Of a DNA stretch of 13,108 nucleotides, positions 1-6,836 are shown in pieces (positions within the stretch are counted from its first letter, which is position 1; every line of letters starts with the position of its first letter). Under the pieces are notes generated by a model. It worked only from the letters and a program-made list of their open reading frames with translations, was not told the DNA's origin and made no database searches. The position numbers and the translations under genes are program-made. This DNA is from PVC group bacterium. GTDB taxonomy: Bacteria > GCA-001730085 > JADFSZ01. The stretch is taken from NCBI GenBank assembly GCA_022560555.1, contig JADFSZ010000026.1, positions 1 to 13,108 of the forward strand, written 5' to 3'.

Positions 1-2
1 TA

Positions 3-890
3 AGACTTGCTATGAATAATAATGTGAGTTTGCCCGAGCTTGAATCTATATCGGGAACTGGAAAGGGCGGACGTATTACAAGAAACGATGTGTTGAATTT
101 CCTCGCGCGGCGTCCTGTTGGGGCTTCTTCCATAGATGTGATAAGCGAGACGGGGCAGATTAGTCAGGATGAATTAGCCAGTCTTGGAAAAGTTGTTCCG
201 ATGAATTCAATCCGTCGTACTATTGCTGATCATATGGTTCAGTCGATCCGGACTAGCGCTCATGTTACCATGGTGCATGCTGTTGATATGACTCACATTG
301 TTGATTTACGATCAAAGGTTCAAGACCGATTTCTGCGGCAGCACAAAGCCAAGATGACATATACCGCTGTCATGCTTTTTGTTACTTCACGTGTTCTAAA
401 AGGTTTTCCCATGGTGAATGCTTCAGTTATCGGGACAACGATTATTCAACTAAAAAATATTAATATCGGCTGCGCGGTGGCGCTGTCGGATGAAAGTTTG
501 GTTGTCCCCGTTGTTCAGAATTCTGATAAAAAAAGTTTCCCCGAAATTGCCAAAGATCTTGTCCGATTGATTGCCATTGCCCGGAAAAAGGGCTTAACCA
601 GAGCTGATATCGAAGGCGGGACATTTACTATATCGAATTTTGGTGCCTTCGGAAGTTTGATCGGCACGCCGATTATCAATCAACCTCAAGTGGCGATTTT
701 AGGGATGGGTGCTGTTTTTAAAGCTCCGGTTGTTGTAAATGATGAAATAGTTGTACGGGATCAGATGTATTTAAGCTTTTCCTTTGACCATCGGGTTATA
801 GACGGAGCTTTGGGCGGCCGGTTTTTGAATGCGATTCAGCAGCAGGTTGAAGCCCTTACTGCCGATGATTTAAATCTCAACGGATTTTAA
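3..890 (+). CDS. Dihydrolipoamide acyltransferase (E2 component of a 2-oxoacid dehydrogenase complex); C-terminal part, 5' end lies outside the window
   Basis: The frame stays open to the window edge upstream of the listed ATG at 12 (codons 3-11 read R-L-A). The N-terminal segment SISGTGKGGRITRNDV matches the peripheral-subunit (E3/E1) binding domain motif. The C-terminal catalytic domain carries the signature SFSFDHRVIDGA (catalytic His-Asp). PDH, OGDH or BCKDH specificity cannot be decided by eye. Confidence 0.85.
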   Translation, partial: RLAMNNNVSLPELESISGTGKGGRITRNDVLNFLARRPVGASSIDVISETGQISQDELASLGKVVPMNSIRRTIADHMVQSIRTSAHVTMVHAVDMTHIVDLRSKVQDRFLRQHKAKMTYTAVMLFVTSRVLKGFPMVNASVIGTTIIQLKNINIGCAVALSDESLVVPVVQNSDKKSFPEIAKDLVRLIAIARKKGLTRADIEGGTFTISNFGAFGSLIGTPIINQPQVAILGMGAVFKAPVVVNDEIVVRDQMYLSFSFDHRVIDGALGGRFLNAIQQQVEALTADDLNLNGF

Positions 891-1098
891 TATTTAGTCT
901 GGTTCATGGCCCAAGGCCTTATAAGGTCAAACGTGCGCGGAATTTTCCTACCTTAGTTTCTTTGTGAATTTCCCTTCCTTTTTTGACACAGATTTGCTTT
1001 GGATCTGATTTGGGAGGAACTTGCATGAAACTCAAAATCAAAATATACATAAGATATTGAAAAAAAATAGGTTATATTTTTATTTTAGCCGAAAAGAG

Positions 1099-1127
1099 TT
1101 GTGTTATTTTCTAAGTAGTGAGATAAT
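1099..1127 (+). promoter_or_regulatory. Candidate sigma70-type promoter for the gshA-gshB-grx-bolA-grxD run
   Basis: TTGTGT (1099-1104), 17-nt spacer, GATAAT (1122-1127), with a TG at 1119-1120 giving an extended -10 (TGaGATAAT). It lies about 37 nt upstream of the ATG at 1164. A GAGG Shine-Dalgarno sits at 1153-1156. Pattern match only. Confidence 0.3.
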
Positions 1128-1163
1128 ACTCGATTGCACATTGAATGGTGACGAGGCGATTCC

Positions 1164-2423
1164 ATGAGAAACTTGATTCACAAAATCAACGAAAAGCGCG
1201 AAGAAATTTATGCTTGGCTTGAGCATCACGAGGTCACGAATGAACTCCCTCTCTATTCGTCCGTAGACATTCGTGACGGGGGCTTTAAGGTCGCCAGTGT
1301 GGACATGAACCTCTTTCCGGCCGGGTTTAACAATCTGTGCGAACATGGCTTAGAGGATGCGGTTTCGGCCATTCGGGATGCGGTTTATAGCCGTATGCCG
1401 GAATGCAAGAATATTTTGATTCTTGCAGAAGAGCACACACGTAACAAGTGGTATTTGGAGAATGTGCGTATTTTGCAGCAAATTATTGATGTGGCCGGAT
1501 TTTGCGTGCGTGTCGCGACGATTTTTGATGTGCGTCCAAAGGTTTTTAATGAGGATATCCGGTATGTTGAACTTGATACAGCTACGGGAAAGTCCTTAAA
1601 AGTCTATTCCCTTGATTACCTCATCAAAGAGATGCGGACCGATTCCTGTTATCCTGATCTGATTATTATGAATAATGATCTGTCCTCAGGAATTCCTGAT
1701 ATCTTGCATGAGGCCCAGATCCCGATTTATCCGTCCATTCAGGCCGGTTGGCATGCCAGGAAAAAATCTGCTCATTTTAGAATTCTTTCAGAATTGGTCA
1801 AAGATTTTTCGGATATTCTCGCCTGTGATCCCTGGCTTTTGACATGTCTCGATTGTTCAGTGGGCCCGGTGGATATTTATCAGCAAGAAGATCGCGAGCG
1901 ATTAATGGACATGGCGAGTCATCTCTTCGTCAAAATTCGGGAAAAATACAAAGAACATCGTATACAGGAAAAACCCTATATTCTTCTCAAATCCGACTCA
2001 GGCACCTATGGCATGGGGGTGCATCCTATTGAAGATCCCAAGCAGATCTTGGAGTTCAACCGGAAGATAAAAAACAAACTATATAAAGGAAAAGGCTCAA
2101 AAATTATCTCTCACTATTTACTGCAAGAAGGAGTTCCGACGATCCATCTGATCGAGGAACAAGTAGCTGAAATTTGTATTTATCAGATTTCCAATCGATT
2201 TATCGGCGGTTTTTACCGGCTGAACAGCGAAAAAAGCAATCGGGATAATTTAAATTCAAAAGGGATGAATTTTTTAAAAATGTGTCCTCATTCCAGCAAA
2301 TACGGAACATGCGGTGTCCAACCGGATCAAAATATCTTCGACCTCTACCGGATTTTGGCCCGTATGGCCGGGATCGCGGCTCATCGTGAAATTGTCCAAT
2401 TAGAATCCCTCGTGGGTGTTTGA
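1164..2423 (+). CDS. gshA: Glutamate--cysteine ligase of the rare Acidithiobacillus (Thiobacillus) ferrooxidans type (Pfam GshA / TIGRFAMs gshA_ferroox family), 419 aa
   Basis: Intact 419-aa ORF ending 41 nt upstream of an unambiguous gshB. The N-terminal block LYSSVDIRDGGFKVASVDMNLFPAGFNNL and the size match my recollection of this family. LLKSDSGTYGMGV resembles an ATP-grasp glycine-rich loop. There is no similarity to E. coli-type GshA. The assignment rests on recall plus gene context, not on a search. Confidence 0.65.
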   Translation: MRNLIHKINEKREEIYAWLEHHEVTNELPLYSSVDIRDGGFKVASVDMNLFPAGFNNLCEHGLEDAVSAIRDAVYSRMPECKNILILAEEHTRNKWYLENVRILQQIIDVAGFCVRVATIFDVRPKVFNEDIRYVELDTATGKSLKVYSLDYLIKEMRTDSCYPDLIIMNNDLSSGIPDILHEAQIPIYPSIQAGWHARKKSAHFRILSELVKDFSDILACDPWLLTCLDCSVGPVDIYQQEDRERLMDMASHLFVKIREKYKEHRIQEKPYILLKSDSGTYGMGVHPIEDPKQILEFNRKIKNKLYKGKGSKIISHYLLQEGVPTIHLIEEQVAEICIYQISNRFIGGFYRLNSEKSNRDNLNSKGMNFLKMCPHSSKYGTCGVQPDQNIFDLYRILARMAGIAAHREIVQLESLVGV

Positions 2424-2464
2424 TCCCAAAATCAATAATATTTTTACTAAAGTAAGGTTTTCTT

Positions 2465-3415
2465 ATGAAATGTGTATTTATCATGTGTCCCCTGGATCAA
2501 GTGGTTGTCGATAAAGACACGTCTTATGCCTTGATGCTTGGTGCCCGGAAAAGGGGGCATCAGGTTTATCATGTCAAAGACGGCGATCTGTCGCTGGTCA
2601 ATGATAAAGTCTTTTTTCACGCTCTATCAGTGACGCCCAAGGAGGACCGTTTAAAACCTTTTGAAATTGAAGACGAGATAGTGTTAGCGGGGTCTGATGT
2701 GGATGTCGTGTTCATTCGGACGGATCCCCCCTTTGACGAAAGCTATCTGCACACAACATGGATTTTAGAAAATTTACCGCCCAAAGTCATTGTTATGAAC
2801 CGTCCGTCCGGGATCAGGGACGTAAATGAAAAAATATGGGTGACGAAATATCCGGATCTTATCCCTCCAACCTTGATTACAAAAAATAAGAGGGAGTATC
2901 TTGAATTCATTGAAATATATAAAGAAATTATTGTAAAGCCGACAAACGGGTTTGGAGGCGCCTCTGTCTTTAAGCTGACTGAGGCTGACAGCAATAAATC
3001 TGTGGTGTTCGAAACGCTGACAAAACAAGGCAAAGAACATGTGGTTATCCAAAAATACCTTCCGGAATCCCAAGAGGGGGACAAAAGAATTCTTTTGTTA
3101 AACGCATGTCCGATGGGGTCCGTTCTGAGGGTCCATTCTGAGGAAGATCATCGAAATAATTTTTTTGCCGGCGGGAAACCCGAGAAAACGGCGCTGAATG
3201 AGCGTGATTATGAAATCATTGAAAAAATCAGACCCGAATTGCGGGATCTGGGCCTATATTTTGTTGGTATCGATGTGATTGGCGGCTTTCTTGTGGAGGT
3301 GAATGTTACAAGCCCTACGGGTATTCAGGAGATTAATCGCCTGGAAAACAAACACCTTGAAGATGATGTTATCGCTTTCGCGGAAGATCTTGTCCGAAGC
3401 CAAACAAAAGTTTGA
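2465..3415 (+). CDS. gshB: Glutathione synthetase (prokaryotic ATP-grasp type), 316 aa
   Basis: Collinear with E. coli GshB over its whole length: DKDTSYALMLGARKRGH vs KKDSSFAMLLEAQRRGY, IRTDPPFD vs MRKDPPFD, IVKPTNGFGGASVF vs ILKPLDGMGGASIF, GDKRILLL vs GDKRVLVV, FVGIDVIG..LVEVNVTSPTG vs FVGLDIIG..LTEINVTSPTC. Confidence 0.94.
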   Translation: MKCVFIMCPLDQVVVDKDTSYALMLGARKRGHQVYHVKDGDLSLVNDKVFFHALSVTPKEDRLKPFEIEDEIVLAGSDVDVVFIRTDPPFDESYLHTTWILENLPPKVIVMNRPSGIRDVNEKIWVTKYPDLIPPTLITKNKREYLEFIEIYKEIIVKPTNGFGGASVFKLTEADSNKSVVFETLTKQGKEHVVIQKYLPESQEGDKRILLLNACPMGSVLRVHSEEDHRNNFFAGGKPEKTALNERDYEIIEKIRPELRDLGLYFVGIDVIGGFLVEVNVTSPTGIQEINRLENKHLEDDVIAFAEDLVRSQTKV

Positions 3416-3470
3416 CCAAACTCTAAGAACTTTGTATACTAGCGCGCGTTGAGATAAAAGACAACACCAC

Positions 3471-3707
3471 ATGAAAAAACATATTCTTTTCTATAAACCG
3501 ACTTGCCCGTTTTGCGCAAAAGTATTGGATTTTGCCAGCTCAAACAGCATCGAATTTGACTTGCAAGATATCACGAGCGCGGGCGCTATAGCCGAAGAAC
3601 TTATTCGTGTTGGTGGGAAGCGGCAAGTTCCGTGTTTGCTTGTTGATGGGATGGGGCTTTATGAATCAGATGATATTATCAATTGGCTCAAAGATCATGA
3701 CGCTTAG
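3471..3707 (+). CDS. Small dithiol glutaredoxin / GST-N-terminal-like thioredoxin-fold protein (CPFC active site), 78 aa
   Basis: LFYKPTCPFCAKV carries a CxxC redox motif in the usual beta1-alpha1 position. GKRQVPCLLVDG...YESDDIINWL matches the cis-Pro (xVP) and glutathione-contacting ES motif region of Grx/GST-N folds. Confidence 0.8.
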   Translation: MKKHILFYKPTCPFCAKVLDFASSNSIEFDLQDITSAGAIAEELIRVGGKRQVPCLLVDGMGLYESDDIINWLKDHDA

Positions 3708-3969
3708 TGATATAGAAAAAGCCATCCAGCAAGCGATACCGGGCTGTCAAGTTTGGGTGATAGACCCTAATCATGACGGAGAACATTTACAGGCTATTGT
3801 GGTGAGTTCTTCGTTTGAAAATATTCCTTTAGTCAAACAGCATCAAATGGTGATGCGCCCGCTCACGAAGGCTTTTGACGAATCCCTTCACGCTTTAGCC
3901 TTAAAAACTTTTACTCCTGACAAATGGCAAGATGGTAAAGAAGAATATTCATCATTCATACAAGATTAG
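3697..3969 (+). CDS. BolA-family protein (short IbaG/YrbA-like form), 90 aa
   Basis: The listed ORF 3607..3969 contains the BolA signature HALALKTFTPDKW plus the upstream HLQAIVVSSSFENIPLVKQHQMV block (compare E. coli IbaG [24 protein letters not shown] ... IHAVSIKAYTPAEW). I place the start at ATG 3697 (MTLSDIEKAI...) because the upstream 30 codons overlap the glutaredoxin gene and carry no BolA homology. ATG 3661 and 3670 are alternatives. Confidence 0.85.
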   Translation: MTLSDIEKAIQQAIPGCQVWVIDPNHDGEHLQAIVVSSSFENIPLVKQHQMVMRPLTKAFDESLHALALKTFTPDKWQDGKEEYSSFIQD

Positions 3970-4001
3970 TTCACACAATGTTGCAAGCAAAAGGAGACAA
4001 G

Positions 4002-4319
4002 ATGGACGAAAGCATTAAAAAGCAAATTGAAAATGATATCAACAGCAACAAAATTATGGTGTATATGAAGGGAACTCCTCAGAGCCCCGAATGCGGGTTC
4101 TCAAAATCGATCGCGGATGTGTTAACGCTTCATGACGCTCCCTATCACTTTTGTAATATTTTGGAAAACCCGGAGATTCGCCAGGGAATCAAAGAATATT
4201 CGGATTGGCCGACGATCCCGCAGGTTTATGTCAACGGGGAATTTATCGGTGGATGTGATGTTGTGCTCGACCTCCATAATACCGGGGAGCTTAAAAAGAT
4301 TTTAGCCGGTGTTAAGTAG
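4002..4319 (+). CDS. grxD: Monothiol (CGFS) glutaredoxin, Grx4/GrxD family, 105 aa
   Basis: MVYMKGTPQSPECGFSKS ... WPTIPQVYVNGEFIGGCDV aligns residue-for-residue with E. coli Grx4 (LLYMKGSPKLPSCGFSAQ ... WPTFPQLWVDGELVGGCDI). Start placed at ATG 4002, preceded by AAGGAG (3991-3996). The ORF-track start at 3978 has no Shine-Dalgarno. Confidence 0.92.
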   Translation: MDESIKKQIENDINSNKIMVYMKGTPQSPECGFSKSIADVLTLHDAPYHFCNILENPEIRQGIKEYSDWPTIPQVYVNGEFIGGCDVVLDLHNTGELKKILAGVK

Positions 4320-5388
4320 ATGATTGAACTAGTGAACGGATATGACGGTAAGGATAAATTCCGGAAGAGTGTCCATCGCTCCACTTGATCGATATAGCGT
4401 AATTCCCCAAGGGGGAAATCTCTTCGGCCCGGATATCATCCGGAATGCCTTCAGCTTTTAATATTGCCTTTCCTGTTATCTCATCCATACAAAGAGCGCA
4501 CCCACAGCTTAGACGCAGAGTCCTATTTTCTATCTTGAGCGTGGTTTTGTCCGGCCAAGATAAACTAATGTTTTGGGCGTCGAACGAGACATTCGGAATT
4601 TCTTTTTTGGAGCCTTCTTTGTTGTCCAGGGCGTGAAGTGTATGATTTCTTAAGGATTCAAGCATTTCTTTCGTAAAGATATCAAAAATAGATTTCTTGT
4701 CATTCGTGACGATCGGCAATTTCTGGATGATGTCGATTCCAAATCGATCCGCCAAATGTTTGGATCCTGTCCCAAAGATATCATGTTGTTTGTGGCAACC
4801 ATCACATTCAAAATAACTCATATTTTCGACAAGACCAATGATGGGAACATCCACCTTTTCAAACATCAATATGCCTTTGGCTACATCCACCAAAGACAGC
4901 GTGTGCGGTGTTGTCACAATGATGGCGCCGGTTAAACGCGCCGTTTGTGTGATGGTGAGCTGAATGTCTCCTGTGCCGGGAGGCATATCGATAAAAAGAT
5001 AATCAAGCTCTCCCCAAGCTGTTTGATGGATGAGTTGCTGAATGTAGTTTGATACTATGGGCCCCCGCATAATAGCAGGAGAGTCCCCGGTGAGAAATCC
5101 GAAAGACATGATCTTAAGAGAATCATGTTCATAAGGAATGATTCTTTTTTGATCATCCAAGTATATATGGGTTTTATGGATACCGAAGAGTGTTGGAATC
5201 GAAGGTCCAAAAATGTCCGCGTCCAGGAGCCCTACTTTGTGCCCGTCTTTGGCGAGTTCATAGGCAATCATGGCGGCAATCGTTGATTTGCCGACACCTC
5301 CTTTGCAGGATGCGACAGCAACAATAGATTTTATTTTCCCCAGATCGCTGGGAGGTTGCGGTTTTTTTTGAGGTCGATTCAGCGGCAT
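4312..5388 (-). CDS. Mrp/ApbC/NBP35-family P-loop ATPase (Fe-S cluster carrier) fused to a C-terminal DUF971 (GBBH-like N-terminal) domain, 358 aa
   Basis: Deviant Walker A VASCKGGVGKST. Mrp-family blocks DADIFGPS, DYLFIDMPPGTGD and VENMSYFECDGCHKQHDIFG (CxxC cluster-ligand motif). The C-terminal ~90 aa (LRLSCGCALCMDEITGK ... ISIKWSDGHSSGIYPYRHIR) matches the DUF971 pattern, including its Cys triad. There is no N-terminal DUF59 domain. Confidence 0.88.
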   Translation of the reverse strand: MPLNRPQKKPQPPSDLGKIKSIVAVASCKGGVGKSTIAAMIAYELAKDGHKVGLLDADIFGPSIPTLFGIHKTHIYLDDQKRIIPYEHDSLKIMSFGFLTGDSPAIMRGPIVSNYIQQLIHQTAWGELDYLFIDMPPGTGDIQLTITQTARLTGAIIVTTPHTLSLVDVAKGILMFEKVDVPIIGLVENMSYFECDGCHKQHDIFGTGSKHLADRFGIDIIQKLPIVTNDKKSIFDIFTKEMLESLRNHTLHALDNKEGSKKEIPNVSFDAQNISLSWPDKTTLKIENRTLRLSCGCALCMDEITGKAILKAEGIPDDIRAEEISPLGNYAISIKWSDGHSSGIYPYRHIRSLVQSST

Positions 5389-5421
5389 TGGCGGAGGTCA
5401 CCCATCCTATCAGTTTGATTG

Positions 5422-6456
5422 TTATGCTGCCGGAACAGCGACTTTATTCTCGGTGTAGCGAAACATTTCCTGGAGGGATTTTAAAGCTTTACCACGCGTA
5501 CTTTCTTCTATGACAATGCGGTCTTGAGGTCGCGGATTTTTTAAAACACGGAAAATATCTTCAAGCGTATTGGATTTCATGTATTTGCATAGGGTGCACG
5601 TTCCGACAATCTTTTTCTCGGGCATCTCGACCTGAAAATGACTGGAAAGGCCGCACTCGGTCAGAAGGAGAAATTCTTTGGATTTTGAGCTTTTCATGTG
5701 TTTGAGGAGTTGAGCCGTGCTTCCAATAAAGTCGGATTTTTGAATGACATTCGGATGACATTCCGGATGGCTTAATACTTCCGCTTGAGGATATTGAAGA
5801 CGAATGTAATCAATCATCTCAGGCGCATATTCCTCGTGAACATAGCATGTTCCGTTGGTGAGCTTAATATCTTTTTTGACGCCGCGAGATTCCATCTCTT
5901 TGATAATATTTTTCCCCATGAGTTTATCGGGAAGAAACATGATCTTATCATTGGGAATCGCTTCAATGATGTCATAGCAGTTTGAGCTTGTGACACAGAC
6001 GTCACATTCGGCTTTGACATCGGCTGTGGTGTTGATGTAGCAGACAAAAGTATAATCGGGAAATTCTCTTTTGAGCTTTTGCACCTGGATATGAGTAATC
6101 GAATCGGCGAGGGTGCAGCCATTCAGTTCGCTGGGAATCAAAACCTCTTTTTCCGGATTGAGGATTTTGGCCGTTTCAGCCATAAATTTGACGGCACAAA
6201 AAATAATCACATCAGCCTTGGTATTCATGGCGTCTTTGGACAGACCGTACGAGTCTCCGACAAAATCGCCGACTCCATAAGCGATTTCCGCAGAGACATA
6301 GCTATGGACCAGGATGACGGCATTTTTTTCTTTCTTCAGCTGATTGATTTCATTGATCAAAGGAGCGAGTTCACGGCATTTTTCCATTGTGAACCGGCAG
6401 ATGTGACCGCCAATTTTGACATCCTTGAGTTTTTGATATAAGTCTTTTGCGTCCAT
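5422..6456 (-). CDS. nadA: Quinolinate synthase NadA ([4Fe-4S] enzyme of de novo NAD synthesis), 344 aa
   Basis: KNAVILVHSYV, VKFMAETAKILNPEK (E. coli VRFMGETAKILSPEK), YINTTADVKA, VTSSN, SHPEC, IGSTAQLL. Three cluster-ligand Cys contexts are present (NGCTLAD, GTCYVHE, CTLCKYMK). Its stop lies 33 nt upstream of the Mrp-DUF971 start on the same strand. Confidence 0.92.
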   Translation of the reverse strand: MDAKDLYQKLKDVKIGGHICRFTMEKCRELAPLINEINQLKKEKNAVILVHSYVSAEIAYGVGDFVGDSYGLSKDAMNTKADVIIFCAVKFMAETAKILNPEKEVLIPSELNGCTLADSITHIQVQKLKREFPDYTFVCYINTTADVKAECDVCVTSSNCYDIIEAIPNDKIMFLPDKLMGKNIIKEMESRGVKKDIKLTNGTCYVHEEYAPEMIDYIRLQYPQAEVLSHPECHPNVIQKSDFIGSTAQLLKHMKSSKSKEFLLLTECGLSSHFQVEMPEKKIVGTCTLCKYMKSNTLEDIFRVLKNPRPQDRIVIEESTRGKALKSLQEMFRYTENKVAVPAA

Positions 6457-6480
6457 TTAATTGAGTCCTTATCGATTGAG

Positions 6481-6509
6481 TTCCCATAAGGGGTCCTTCC
6501 TTAGGGGAA
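6481..6509 (-). other. Stem-loop / palindrome in the predicted nadA 5' UTR
   Basis: On the plus strand: TTCCC(6481-6485)-A-TAAGG(6487-6491)-GGTCCTT-CCTTA(6499-6503)-G-GGGAA(6505-6509). That is two 5-bp helices separated by a 1x1 mismatch, with a 7-nt loop. It lies between the candidate -10 (6520-6525) and the nadA ATG (6456). Confidence 0.35.
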
Positions 6510-6519
6510 AGATCACCAA

Positions 6520-6548
6520 ATTATACACAGAGACCTAGACGAAATCAA
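6520..6548 (-). promoter_or_regulatory. Candidate sigma70-type promoter for nadA and the Mrp-DUF971 gene
   Basis: Read on the minus strand: TTGATT (6548-6543), 17-nt spacer, consensus TATAAT (6525-6520). This gives a leader of about 55-60 nt. An AAGGA Shine-Dalgarno lies roughly 10 nt before the nadA ATG. Confidence 0.5.
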
Positions 6549-6807
6549 GCTTTAGCGACTCATTCGTGAAGAAGCAGGCGGTTGCGCCGCATCAATATAA
6601 TCGTAAGATACTGGTAGTACTATATATAAGTACACTTATTGGCAAAATGTGACTTTGGGCAGATTCTATAGAAAAACTAAAAAGAGCAACTTATGAAAAA
6701 ATATGCATTTTTATGAGATATAAAAATTAAAATTGCAGATGTTTGTGGAAAATACCATACATTTTGAATTGATAATAATAAAAAAATGGAGTGTTACGTT
6801 TTTTTCC

Positions 6808-6836
6808 TTGCATTTATTTGCACACTATGGTAAATT
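6808..6836 (+). promoter_or_regulatory. Weak candidate promoter for ilvB
   Basis: TTGCAT (6808-6813), 17-nt spacer, TAAATT (6831-6836), preceded by TGg (extended -10-like). It sits in a very AT-rich region where such matches are frequent. The ilvB Shine-Dalgarno AGAGGA is at 6878-6883. Confidence 0.25.

Noticed and set aside
891-960. Terminator after the E2 gene (GGCC-CAA-GGCC and GGCCTTATAAGGTC palindromes)
   Set aside because: The stems are only 4-5 bp, or the palindromes have no loop, and no T-tract follows. This is not convincing as an intrinsic terminator.
1104-1346. 80-aa minus-strand ORF overlapping the gshA start, and similar nested ORFs (1844..2032, 2200..2484, 2743..3084, 2774..3073, 3254..3472, 4445..4636, 5561..5761, 5785..5985, 5814..6122, 6079..6441, 7120..7338, 7794..7985, 8993..9232, 9748..9942, 10086..10277, 10111..10335, 10604..10987, 10708..10914, 11157..11372, 11369..11689, 11840..12061)
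   Set aside because: All lie within or antisense to genes with strong, full-length homology. Their translations have no recognisable motifs and have skewed composition typical of off-frame reading.
3607-3696. Longer 120-aa version of the BolA ORF starting at 3607
   Set aside because: The first 30 codons lie inside the glutaredoxin gene in another frame and give a non-homologous peptide (MLVGSGKFRVCLLMGWGF...). BolA homology starts right after the ATG at 3697.
3978-4001. ORF-track start of grxD at 3978
   Set aside because: There is no ribosome-binding site before 3978. ATG 4002 is preceded by AAGGAG at optimal spacing and aligns with the E. coli Grx4 N-terminus.
6457-6519. NAD+ riboswitch (nadA motif) upstream of nadA
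   Set aside because: The predicted leader is only about 55-60 nt with a single small hairpin. The known nadA-motif RNA has a tandem two-domain architecture roughly twice that size, and I cannot identify its conserved bulge sequences here.
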